From Gemmatimonadota bacterium (GTDB taxonomy: Bacteria; Gemmatimonadota; Gemmatimonadetes; Gemmatimonadales; GWC2-71-9): 64,000 nt of DNA. The notes below the pieces were generated by a model, which did no database searches, was not told the DNA's origin, and was given only the letters and a program-made list of their open reading frames with translations. The stretch spans positions 10,568-74,567 of the forward strand of contig JANMYS010000174.1 in the NCBI GenBank assembly GCA_031382385.1, written 5' to 3'. A program made the translations under genes and the position numbers. Below, in pieces: positions 1-8,689 of the stretch (the stretch's first letter is position 1; each line of letters begins with the position of its first letter).

Positions 1-1479
1 CGAGTCATCATTCCGGGCGACACCGCCCTGCGGATCCGACAGGGCGATACGCTCCAGCTCGCCGCCGTGGCGCTGGACGCGCGGGGGCACCGGATTATCG
101 GTTCCGCGCCGCTCTGGCGCAGCGCCGACTCGGCGCTGGTCAGGGTTGATTCGTTCGGCACCGCGATTGGCGTTGGCGCCGGAATCACCCGGCTCCGCGC
201 GGCGGCCGGGGAGGGGAACGCGGAGGTGACTGTGCGAGTCGATCTCGCACCAACGGGGCTCGTCCTCGTGGGCGGGGCTGGCCAGCACGTCCCCGCCGGA
301 CACCGCCTGCCGGAACCGATCGTGTTGCGGGCCCATGCCGCTCAGGGGCAGCCGGTCTCGGGGATCGTCGTCCGCTTCACCCTGCCGGAAGGCGAGGGGC
401 GGGTCGAGCCCGATACTGCCGTCACCGACCGGGAGGGGCGGGTGTCGGTGACTTGGGAGCTCAGCCACAGGGCCGGGGTGCAGCGCTTGACGGCTCGCGT
501 TGCTCAAATCGACAGCCCCCTCCTCGTCAGCGCCGAAGCCGACCCGGTTCCGGGGAACATCAGGATGGAAATCCTCGACGGCGACACGACCGGTACGGCG
601 GGTGTCGCCCTGGGAAGTCCGATCAGGATGCGGCTTACGGATTCCTCGGGCGTCGCACTGGATGGCGTGCCGGTGCGCTGGACCGCGCTGGACGGCGGCA
701 GCGCAACCGGCGACGCACGCACCGACTCGCTCGGCGTCGCGCTGGCGCGCTGGACCTTCGGCCCGCGTGCGGGGCGGCAGCAGCTCCTGGCACAGGTGGG
801 CAACCCGCGCGCCATCCCGGCGCTCCGGATCGGCGGGTACGCACTGGCCGGTGACCCCGCCGCGCTCACGCTCGATGGAGGCCAGGGCCAGCGGGGGAGG
901 GCAGGGAAACCGTTAGCCAAAGCCGTCGTGGTCACGGTACGGGACCGGCAGGGGAATCCGGTCGCCGGCGTCACCGTTCTCCCGGTGCCTGACAAACGCA
1001 GCGGGAGTGCCGACTCGGTGGTCACCGATCTCCGGGGTCGTGCGGCTCTCCGCTGGATCCTGGGAACGACGGCGGGTGCGCAATCGCTGCGGCTCCGCAT
1101 CGCAGAGGTGGACAGCGGCCTGTCCGTTCATGCGAATGCCGGTCCGGCGGAGCCGGTGAGCATCACCATCCGGGAACTGCCAGGGAGGAAGCCCGCGGGA
1201 GTTGCCCAGCAGCGGCTGCAGGCGAGTGTCCTGGATGCCTATGGCAACGCCGTCGGGGGCGTAGCGCTCGCGATCACCGCATCGGGCGGCCGACTGGCGG
1301 CGAGCCGGGTCCGGAGCGACGACTCGGGGCGGGCTGCCATCGGCTGGACACCCGCGCGCTCAGTTGCGGAGCAGCGACTGACCGTGCGGGTGGTCGGCGG
1401 GAGCGTCCTGGCCACGCATACGGTTCGCCCCAATCCCAGCACACCCGTGGCAGCTGCTCCAGCGAAGCGCAGGGGCTGA
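1..1479 (+). CDS. Surface/secreted protein with bacterial Ig-like domains (one Big_2-like, then four Big_1/invasin-like repeats); the 5' end lies outside the window
   Basis: Frame 1 is open from base 1, with no stop before the listed ORF 67..1479. 'GDTLQLAAVALDARGHRI...WRSADSALVRVDSFGTAIGVGAGITRLRA' is Big_2-like. Four ~95-aa repeats follow with the pattern 'G.PV.GV.V.......G......TD..G.A...W..G...G.Q.L...V'. Confidence 0.7.
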   Translation, partial: RVIIPGDTALRIRQGDTLQLAAVALDARGHRIIGSAPLWRSADSALVRVDSFGTAIGVGAGITRLRAAAGEGNAEVTVRVDLAPTGLVLVGGAGQHVPAGHRLPEPIVLRAHAAQGQPVSGIVVRFTLPEGEGRVEPDTAVTDREGRVSVTWELSHRAGVQRLTARVAQIDSPLLVSAEADPVPGNIRMEILDGDTTGTAGVALGSPIRMRLTDSSGVALDGVPVRWTALDGGSATGDARTDSLGVALARWTFGPRAGRQQLLAQVGNPRAIPALRIGGYALAGDPAALTLDGGQGQRGRAGKPLAKAVVVTVRDRQGNPVAGVTVLPVPDKRSGSADSVVTDLRGRAALRWILGTTAGAQSLRLRIAEVDSGLSVHANAGPAEPVSITIRELPGRKPAGVAQQRLQASVLDAYGNAVGGVALAITASGGRLAASRVRSDDSGRAAIGWTPARSVAEQRLTVRVVGGSVLATHTVRPNPSTPVAAAPAKRRG

Positions 1480-1693
1480 TCGGACAACGCGATACCGGCA
1501 GCCCGCATGGCCGCCGGATGGAGCATCCGCCAGTGTTCCGGGTGGGTTCCCTGGTCGACGCCCAGAGTGTCACGGCGGGAGCCGGGGGTGGAACGCGCGT
1601 CCCCGCCCGCCGCTGTGCGGACAGCATGCTATCATTGTGAGGGGGTCTGCCAGGAGTCGGGACTCCCAGCAACGATGGCACCAGGGGGAAACA

Positions 1694-1933
1694 ATGACAA
1701 AGGCAACCAGGAAGCTGCTGGTGCGGAGCAAGACTGCCGCACGGGGAGCCTATGATCGACTGGAAACAAAGGTGATGGCGGCCGCAGGTCGCAGAGTGGT
1801 GAAGGCGAAGGTCAAATCGGCGAAGAAGGTGGGTGGGCAGGCCGCCCGAGCCGCTCTGGTCGCTGGCGCTCTGGCGGCGGCAGGCGTGGTGATTCAGGAA
1901 ATCCGGAAGCGGCGGAAATCCAGCAGCGACTGA
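1694..1933 (+). CDS. Small Lys/Arg-rich hypothetical protein with one C-terminal hydrophobic helix
   Basis: An ATG at 1694 is preceded by GGGGGA. The 79-aa product 'MTKATRKLLVRSK...' contains the hydrophobic stretch 'AARAALVAGALAAAGVVI'. I recognise no family. Confidence 0.4.
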   Translation: MTKATRKLLVRSKTAARGAYDRLETKVMAAAGRRVVKAKVKSAKKVGGQAARAALVAGALAAAGVVIQEIRKRRKSSSD

Positions 1934-2020
1934 TCAGCCGGTTCGGGTCGGTACGCACAACCCTCCCCGCCACCTGGTCGTGGCGAGGAGGGTTTCTGCT
2001 GCCGGAGGCGTGGCGAACGA

Positions 2021-2476
2021 CTACGCTGCCTTGACCTCCGACGTGCAATGCCCGCAGCGGGTGGCCTTGAGCGGCATCGCCATCAGGCAGTACGGGCAGT
2101 CGCGCGTGGTGGGTGCGGGCGGGGCCGCCGGGGCCTGTTTCATCTTGTTGACCGCGCGAACCATCATGAAGATGACGAACGCCAGAATGATGAAGCTCAC
2201 CACGTGGGTGAGGAAGGAGCCGTAATTCAGCGTGACCGCACCTGCCGCCTGCGCATCCCCGATCGTGGCGTAGGGCGCGGGGGCCTTGGCCCCTTCCTTC
2301 ATGACCACAAACAGGTTCGAGAAGTCAACGTTGCCCAGCACCAGGCCGATCGGGGGCAGGATGATGTCGTTGACGAGGGAGTTGACGATCGTCCCGAACG
2401 CCGCGCCGATAATGACACCGACGGCAAGGTCCATGACGTTGCCACGCATTATGAACTCCCTGAATTCTTTTATCAT
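2021..2476 (-). CDS. mscL: Large-conductance mechanosensitive channel MscL with a C-terminal CxxC-x10-CxxC tail
   Basis: 'MIKEFREFIMRGNVMDLAVGVIIGAAFGTIVNSLVNDIILPPIG' is near-identical to the E. coli MscL N-terminus and TM1. The ATG at 2476 was verified in the sequence. The longer listed ORF (to 2818) is a spurious 5' extension. Confidence 0.95.
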   Translation of the reverse strand: MIKEFREFIMRGNVMDLAVGVIIGAAFGTIVNSLVNDIILPPIGLVLGNVDFSNLFVVMKEGAKAPAPYATIGDAQAAGAVTLNYGSFLTHVVSFIILAFVIFMMVRAVNKMKQAPAAPPAPTTRDCPYCLMAMPLKATRCGHCTSEVKAA

Positions 2477-2785
2477 ATCATCTCGCTCCTGGTGGAAGGC
2501 ACTGCAAGGAGTCGCCGTGCCCCGCTGGGCCGCGTGCGGGTGGCAACATGAGGTGCTCGAGTGAGTGCTCGAGGATCGATGGACGTTCCGCCGCCATCGA
2601 AGCCACAAGCTACGCTGCCGGCGACCGCGCGGCCAGAGCCCCAGTCGACCCACCCCGACCACCCCGCCTGACAGGGCCCATGATCGGGCAGCGCGGTACT
2701 GCTCGCGCGAGGTGTGGTCATGCAGCGCCGATGCGGCGGGGCGGTGGCCAGGTGGCAGGGGCGCGTGTCGTCTCAACACAGCAAT

Positions 2786-2808
2786 GGGGCAGCCGACCCG
2801 GCTGCCCC
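2786..2808 (-). terminator. Candidate hairpin downstream of the metallophosphoesterase gene
   Basis: GGGGCAGCC-GACCC-GGCTGCCCC forms a 9-bp stem with a 5-nt loop, about 70 nt after the stop at 2877. On the minus strand it is followed by ATTGCTGTGTTG, which is only weakly U-rich. Confidence 0.3.
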
Positions 2809-2876
2809 ACCCTGTCACGCTTTACTCACGGGTCTCCCGTCGCCCGCCCTGCGCGGGCACGGAGGCCCGCCCTGCA

Positions 2877-3839
2877 CTAGTGACACTTCCCACCGGTCTG
2901 ATCCCACAGTCGTCCGTCGACGTCCAGGAACGCAGAGCGCCACTCCGCGGCGCCGAGGGTAACCTTGAGGACGCCGAAGTGACCCTGGATGCGGCTGGCA
3001 CTGTGCGCGATGATCGGGCTCCGGAATCCGCGCAAGTCCCCGCCCCCCGTTCCCACGATGATCTGGGTGATTCCCTTGAGGGAATCGACCACAGCGTCCG
3101 GTGTCTGCGGGAGAAATCGTTCGTACTCGTGGTCGTGACCGTTGAGGACCAGCTCGACTCCCGCACCGTACAAGATGCGCCAGATGGCGTCGAGCCTGGT
3201 GTCCGATCCATGCCAGCCCGAGCTGAACCTCGGGTGGTGCCAGTACGCCACGGTGCACTGCGCCTTGTGGTCTTTCAGGTCCTGTGTAAGCCAGTCTTCC
3301 TGAGCCTGCTTGTCCGCCGCAGTGAACGCGGCGTTGACCAGCATCTCGCTGTTGAGGACAATCGCATGCCACACGCCCACGTCGTAGCTGTAGTAGCCCT
3401 TGCTCGACGAGCCGGCGTGGCTGCCAAAATACTTGTAGTACGCCGCCGCCATGTCGGACAGGTGCTCGTGATTGCCGGGCGAGGGGCGGATGTTCTTCAT
3501 GATGAGCTTGGCGGTATCCCCCCACGATGGCGTGAAGCACAGCGCAAAGTCACGTGCGGTGCCACCGGGATAGGCGTTGTCGCCCAGGGTGAAGACCTCG
3601 TCGTGGACCTTCGCCGCACTGTCGGCGCGCAGCACGCTGTCCACCAGCCTGGCCGTCGCCTCGTCCCCAGGCGAATCGCACCGCGCGATATCGCCGGCTC
3701 CGATGAGGACGGAGGCGCCGCTCAGCGCGACCTGCACGGCGGTTGCCCCCGCCACCGGGGGTGTCAGCTGCACCGCCGGTTTGCACGCGAGCACCATCAG
3801 GGGCAGGGTGAACAAGAAAGCCTGAAAACAGAGAGGCAT
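2877..3839 (-). CDS. Calcineurin-like metallophosphoesterase, probable lipoprotein
   Basis: Metallophosphoesterase motifs are present: 'GDIARC', 'TLGDNAY', 'GNHEH', 'WHHP' and 'LNGHDHEYERF'. The N-terminus 'MPLCFQAFLFTLPLMVLAC' is a signal sequence with a lipobox-like Cys. The start may be the ATG at 3839 or the TTG at 3854. Confidence 0.85.
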   Translation of the reverse strand: MPLCFQAFLFTLPLMVLACKPAVQLTPPVAGATAVQVALSGASVLIGAGDIARCDSPGDEATARLVDSVLRADSAAKVHDEVFTLGDNAYPGGTARDFALCFTPSWGDTAKLIMKNIRPSPGNHEHLSDMAAAYYKYFGSHAGSSSKGYYSYDVGVWHAIVLNSEMLVNAAFTAADKQAQEDWLTQDLKDHKAQCTVAYWHHPRFSSGWHGSDTRLDAIWRILYGAGVELVLNGHDHEYERFLPQTPDAVVDSLKGITQIIVGTGGGDLRGFRSPIIAHSASRIQGHFGVLKVTLGAAEWRSAFLDVDGRLWDQTGGKCH

Positions 3840-3893
3840 CGTCGTAACTCGCAATCGTTGAAGTGGATCAGGTTGCTTCGCGCCGTGGCGGCC

Positions 3894-6449
3894 CTAGAAA
3901 GTCATCCCGGTTCGGATGAGCATGCCCGTCCGCCCGGCACTGTTCGTCAGGGTGACGCTGATGGCCGCCGAAGGATCGAGGAAACCGACCCAGAGGCCAC
4001 CGCCTGCGGCGCGACGCCATCCACCGGGGGAGTCCCCGTGAACGTAGACCCGGCCGGCGTCCACGAATCCGAAAACGCCGACATCGAATGGGATGATGAG
4101 CGGGAACCGGGCCAGCGGGAGCCGGAGCTCGGCACTGCCGGCGAGCGAGGCGTCGCCGGCATAGCGCTGCCGCTCCAGCGTGCGCACGGTGCTGTCGCCG
4201 CCAAGGAAAGCTGCTTCGTGGAACGGATAGGTCCCGTAGACCTTCTGGGCCCCGGCACGCAGGGCCAGGATGGGCCGAGTCGGGAGTGGAAGGGTGAGGT
4301 AGGCCCTGGCATCGCCGGTCATCACGCCGAACGTGCTCTTCACATCCCAGACGGCGGGGAAGACGACGCCGCTGAGGTCGACCAGAACACCCCGACCCGG
4401 ATTTCTGGGTTGGTCGCGCCGGTCGTGGTGCAGTCGCAACTGCAGGCCGGCCTGGCCGAAGCGACCGAAGCCGTAGGGCCGGTTGGCCGCGATGAAGCGG
4501 TTGGGCGTGCTGTCGGTTGTCGAGTACTGGATCACGGGTCCGAGCGAGACGCTGCTCCGGGGGCCGTGGTCGAGCACCACGGCAGGCTGCAACAGCCACT
4601 GCCGCTGCCGTGCCGCGAAGAAATCCGCCATGGCTCCCGGAGTGGCGTTCCCGTAGCCGTGAAAGTTGCTGAGCTCAAGTTGGGACATCCGGAGCCTGAC
4701 CGTGAAATGGAGCGGTGAGCGCTCCATTCGGTGGTCGGCATTCATCCCGATGCTGAATCCGTCACTGATCGATGCGTACCTCGCCTCGACGCCGACCCGA
4801 TTGGCATATGGGCGGCGCCCGAAGCCATACCCGTCCCGGCTGATCCCGAGCCCGAACGTGACGCCCAGATCGCTGACGCCGAGCCCCATGCTGGGCGCGA
4901 TCCGGCTCCCGCGATCGGGACCCGGTGCCACCAGGACACCCTGCTCCCAGATCCAGGGCCGCCGGTTGTACAGGGTGTCCGGTCCATATCCGAACTTGCC
5001 CCCATGTCCGGATTCGTACAGGCGCGCCTGATGGGCATGACCATCGACCCGGGACGAGTCGATCAGCCGGTACGTGCCGTTGCCGCCGATGATCACGACC
5101 GGGATGCTCTGCTGGACATCGCCGGTGATGACGGCAATATCGTCCCCACCGTGGAGGTAGACCCGGATCTCCCGGGTTTCTCCCCCGTCGAACCGCCGCC
5201 GGAATGTCGGCGTGGCCGCCCCGGACTCCAGCCGCACATCGACGATTCGATGCGCGAGCCGCCTCACGGTGACGCGGTCGGCGGCGTCGGTTGCATGGAT
5301 GTCGGCCACCTCGGCGATGTAGCGATAGAACCGGTGTGCGGCGCCCGGCAGCCCGTCACGCCGCCGCTTGAGCCTCCGGGCGAGTGCCGGCGCAGTGGCC
5401 CGATACTCCTGGGGCAGCGCCTGCACCGCATCATCGATCACCGCATCGGTCACCCGTTGCACCAGTACGCCGACCACGGAATCCCACACCGACAGCTCCA
5501 GACCGCCCAGCAGCCGGCGGTCGAACTCCAGGCTGTTCCAGGTCAGCCCCCGGACGCTGGGGTACGAGTCCTTGAAGGACATCAGATTGGGAGAGGCGAG
5601 CCGGGCCAGCCCCGGAATCACTCCGCCATAGGAGATGAAGTCCTTGTCCCGATCCCGCGGAATGGGCACCCACGGCGATGGAGGGCTGCGGCGCATCCGG
5701 GCCCATTTCCACTGGCCTGCATGGCGGTCCCAGTCGTTGAGCATCATGTCCAGCAGCCGGGCGGCCAGCAGCGCGTGCGCGTCCACCCGTTCAGCGGGGT
5801 CGCTGTCCAGCAGCTTGAGCAGTTCATCGCTCGCAATAACCTCGACCGCCCCCGCGAATCCGACGCCGTCGTCCGGGGCGCTCGGATACTCTTCGATCAT
5901 GCCCAGCTGGCCGGTGAAGTCCGCACGGAACTCCCCGAGGAGCGGGTCGTCGGGCATGACGACCAGCGTCGGTGTGACATGCAGGATCCGCGCGGCGGCG
6001 AGGATCCGCGCGCTGACCACGGCGGCCGCCGGATGGTGGGCGCTGATCTGATCGCGCGCCAGCGTCTCGAACACGGTTCCCTTCAGGCCCAGTGGAAGCG
6101 TCACACCGGCCTTGGCGACACAGCGGAACACATATTCCACTCCCTCGGGCGTGCGGAACCGCAACGACTTCGTCTGGTTGCCTCCTCCCGTCTTGTATGG
6201 CCGAAGGCCACCGGCAAAGGAATGGAGGTCCAGCACCGGCACCCGGACCGGCATCGTCCATAGGTCCCGATAGTTCTGTCCGAAAAAGAACCGGTACAGG
6301 CCACCCGCCCTGTAGCCGGCCCCCGCCGTGACGGTGACGCTGTCGCCACCCCTGATCGTGGTTCCGGTGTCCTGTGCGAAGGCCACCGACGGCCAGAGCG
6401 TAAGCAGGAGCGCGATCCTGCCCCAACGCGCGCGGAGTGCAGCGGACAT
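3894..6449 (-). CDS. Omp85/bacterial-surface-antigen family outer-membrane protein with a ~550-aa uncharacterised N-terminal region
   Basis: The signal peptide is 'RIALLLTLWPSVAFAQD'. The C-terminal ~300 aa match the Omp85 barrel pattern ('FLGGDSTVRTLERQRYAGD...AELRLPL...GVFGFVDAGRVY...GGGLWVGF') and end in 'GMTF', with a terminal Phe. Confidence 0.8.
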   Translation of the reverse strand: MSAALRARWGRIALLLTLWPSVAFAQDTGTTIRGGDSVTVTAGAGYRAGGLYRFFFGQNYRDLWTMPVRVPVLDLHSFAGGLRPYKTGGGNQTKSLRFRTPEGVEYVFRCVAKAGVTLPLGLKGTVFETLARDQISAHHPAAAVVSARILAAARILHVTPTLVVMPDDPLLGEFRADFTGQLGMIEEYPSAPDDGVGFAGAVEVIASDELLKLLDSDPAERVDAHALLAARLLDMMLNDWDRHAGQWKWARMRRSPPSPWVPIPRDRDKDFISYGGVIPGLARLASPNLMSFKDSYPSVRGLTWNSLEFDRRLLGGLELSVWDSVVGVLVQRVTDAVIDDAVQALPQEYRATAPALARRLKRRRDGLPGAAHRFYRYIAEVADIHATDAADRVTVRRLAHRIVDVRLESGAATPTFRRRFDGGETREIRVYLHGGDDIAVITGDVQQSIPVVIIGGNGTYRLIDSSRVDGHAHQARLYESGHGGKFGYGPDTLYNRRPWIWEQGVLVAPGPDRGSRIAPSMGLGVSDLGVTFGLGISRDGYGFGRRPYANRVGVEARYASISDGFSIGMNADHRMERSPLHFTVRLRMSQLELSNFHGYGNATPGAMADFFAARQRQWLLQPAVVLDHGPRSSVSLGPVIQYSTTDSTPNRFIAANRPYGFGRFGQAGLQLRLHHDRRDQPRNPGRGVLVDLSGVVFPAVWDVKSTFGVMTGDARAYLTLPLPTRPILALRAGAQKVYGTYPFHEAAFLGGDSTVRTLERQRYAGDASLAGSAELRLPLARFPLIIPFDVGVFGFVDAGRVYVHGDSPGGWRRAAGGGLWVGFLDPSAAISVTLTNSAGRTGMLIRTGMTF

Positions 6450-6459
6450 CGGGGCTGCC

Positions 6460-7368
6460 TCAGCGCCAGCGGTACAGCGCGATGGCGGCGGGTCGGTTGC
6501 CGGCCTCGTCGCTGAGGATCAGGATACTGTCCGTCGTGATGGCCACTCCCTCGGTGTGCTCGAGGGCGTCCGGGAGCGCGCGCGCGAGGACCTTCGCTCC
6601 CGCTGGGGTAAGCGCGACCAGTGCCTGCTCCTGGGCGGAGATCAGCACGTAGTTCCCGCTCGCGGGATCGACCGTGATATCGGAGGGGTGGAAGTCCTTC
6701 AAGCTGGTGGACTCGATCACCCGCGCTATCGGCACCGTGAGCGGCACCAGCTCGGCTCCGCCGGCGCCGGGGAGCGGCCAGCGGTAGATCACCAGAAAGT
6801 CCTTGAGTGCCTTGGTTGTAACATGCTTGCAGGCGAGGAGCAGTGCATGGATGGCCGGGTCGTATGCCAGCCCCTCGAACTCGCATTCGTGCCCCAGCTT
6901 GGTGTCCAGGAGGGTGTAGTCGACCTCGTCCCGGCTCGCCCCCTCCTGGAACAGGTACAGCTTGCCGTCGCTGGCCAGCAGGTACATCGTGTCGCCGACG
7001 ACGGTGATCGCCTCGAAGTCCTCGTGCAGCGTATGCTTCCCGAGCGTGAACTGCTTGATCACCACGCCGCGGCGATAGTCGATCTCGGAGACCTGACCCC
7101 GTTCGTCGCCATGCGCAAACAGCCGGCCGTCGGCGGTGAGGGCGATTCCCGAAATCTCCGCGAGGCTGGCGGGCAGCACCCAGCGCGCCATCGCTTTCCC
7201 TCCCGCCGCGCCCGAATCCGGCCGGGCCAGCGCCTCGGCGAGATGGGATTCCCGTTTGGCCAGCACCGTGCTGTCGAGGGCTTCGGTCACGCCCGGCTTG
7301 CCGGAGCGGCAGGCCGCACCCGTGACCAGCGCGGCGACCAGCGCAGCAGCAACGTGAGGGCGTCTCAC
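6460..7368 (-). CDS. SdiA-regulated (YjiK-like) beta-propeller protein, secreted or lipoprotein
   Basis: Blade-like motifs recur: 'ISGIALTADGRLF', 'DFEAITVVGDTMY', 'FEGLAYDP', 'HPSDITVDP' and 'HTEGVAIT'. The N-terminus 'AAALVAALVTGAAC' looks like an export signal. Its GTG start overlaps the upstream stop (GTGA). Confidence 0.65.
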   Translation of the reverse strand: MRRPHVAAALVAALVTGAACRSGKPGVTEALDSTVLAKRESHLAEALARPDSGAAGGKAMARWVLPASLAEISGIALTADGRLFAHGDERGQVSEIDYRRGVVIKQFTLGKHTLHEDFEAITVVGDTMYLLASDGKLYLFQEGASRDEVDYTLLDTKLGHECEFEGLAYDPAIHALLLACKHVTTKALKDFLVIYRWPLPGAGGAELVPLTVPIARVIESTSLKDFHPSDITVDPASGNYVLISAQEQALVALTPAGAKVLARALPDALEHTEGVAITTDSILILSDEAGNRPAAIALYRWR

Positions 7369-8492
7369 ACCGGCGCTTCCTTCTCGGCCTTCTTCTCCGC
7401 CGACTCCTCCGCAGCCTCCAGCTCCTGGCCGAGTTCCAGTTCCGCCGCGTCGATCGTATCACCGGGCCGTGCATGAATCGCGGTCAGCAGCTCGCCCCGC
7501 GCGCCGGGCTTCCGGAGCCGCACCAGATAGTACAGCTCCGAAGGCTTCCCCTCGTTGGTCACGACTTCATCCAGCTTCCAGCGCCGGGTCAGGTTGTCAA
7601 GGACCTCTTCCACCCGCTGCTGCGACTCGTTGATCGCCCGGGTGGTGATCGTGAGGATGGCGTTGAATTTGGGCTTCTTCCCCTTGGGGCCCAGGATCTT
7701 GCGGACGCGGGTGAATCGCTCCGCCAGCGCGATCGCCTTTTCCTGGCTGAGTGCGATGACCAGATCACGATCCGGCAGGTTGCCTTCGTGCGGGGATTCG
7801 GCCAGCGTCCCGAGCGGCTCCGCCCACTTGGAGGATGCGCTCGGCTCCAGCGCGCTGCGGCCGAAATCATAGTGCCAGCTGAGCAGCACGACAAAGTTGA
7901 AGACGACGGAGACGACGACGGCGACGGTGAGCACCTGCACTCCGGCCGCGAAACCCACCGCAATCGCGAGAAAGACGAAGACGACATCCCGTGCGTCGCG
8001 GAGGGTGGTGCGGAACCGCACCGCTGCCACGACGCCCGCCAGGCTGAACGCCAGCGCGAGGCTGTTGCGCACGATCAGCACGATGCCGGCCACGACGATG
8101 GGCATGATGATGAGCGTCTGGACCAGCGCCTGACTATGCCCCGGGGTCTTCCGGGCCGACATGTACACCCAGGATACCGGCAGCATCAGGGCCAGGGTGA
8201 CGAACAGAATCATCGTGGTCGTCAGGGCGAGATCGAGACGGGGCGGAAGGCTGATGTCGGGGAACCCGGTGCGGTTCTCGGACAGGCCATCCTGGAGCAA
8301 TTGCGGTTCCGAGCTGCTCTCGGTCGAGGACTCGGTTGGCCGTTCACCCGAGAAGAGCCGGTCGGAGGCGGGGAAGCCGAAGTGGAGGAGGACGGTCAAC
8401 AGGCCGAGTGCGACATAGTAGCCCAGCAGACGCCGTATCGGCCGTTCCGAGCCCATCGTGATCAGGTCGATCAATCGCTTGAAGAATCCCAT
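7365..8492 (-). CDS. DUF4956-family membrane protein with a C-terminal soluble domain (paralog A)
   Basis: The core 'LAFSLAGVVAAVRFRTTLRDARDVVFVFLAIAVGFAAGV' matches the DUF4956 signature (G.....RFR......D..F.F.....G...G). The ATG at 8492 (MGFFKRL) was verified. The listed ORF extends to 8621. Confidence 0.75.
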   Translation of the reverse strand: MGFFKRLIDLITMGSERPIRRLLGYYVALGLLTVLLHFGFPASDRLFSGERPTESSTESSSEPQLLQDGLSENRTGFPDISLPPRLDLALTTTMILFVTLALMLPVSWVYMSARKTPGHSQALVQTLIIMPIVVAGIVLIVRNSLALAFSLAGVVAAVRFRTTLRDARDVVFVFLAIAVGFAAGVQVLTVAVVVSVVFNFVVLLSWHYDFGRSALEPSASSKWAEPLGTLAESPHEGNLPDRDLVIALSQEKAIALAERFTRVRKILGPKGKKPKFNAILTITTRAINESQQRVEEVLDNLTRRWKLDEVVTNEGKPSELYYLVRLRKPGARGELLTAIHARPGDTIDAAELELGQELEAAEESAEKKAEKEAPV

Positions 8493-8689
8493 GAGGGAAA
8501 GGTCAGGGGGGCCGCGGGTACGGGCTATCCCCCGAGGGGCTGAGGAAAGAGCTGGATCGAAGGATTGAGGGCCGGGGTGGCGATCCGCCGCATCGCCACT
8601 GGACCGGTGTGTACGGCGCAAGTCGCTCGAAAGAGTTAGGCGGCTCTCGTCCTACCTGCGCCGAACCGCCGCGCGCCTTATGATGCGGG

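Noticed and set aside
2477-2818. A 114-codon N-terminal extension of the MscL ORF. Similar 5' extensions occur on many listed ORFs, for example 8493-8621, 9911-10087, 14596-14724, 32312-32398, 34570-34629, 37781-37834, 44761-44916, 56613-57416 and 57263-57400.
   Set aside because: Homology-like sequence begins at internal ATG or GTG codons, often with an SD, and the extensions are shadow-like in composition. I placed starts at the internal codons, each checked against the nucleotide sequence.
2565-4718. A 717-aa plus-strand ORF spanning the region opposite the metallophosphoesterase and Omp85-like genes.
   Set aside because: It is antisense to two ORFs with clear family motifs. Its composition is dominated by Arg/Ala/Gly/Pro/Val with no recognisable motif. 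It is a typical stop-free shadow frame in very GC-rich DNA.
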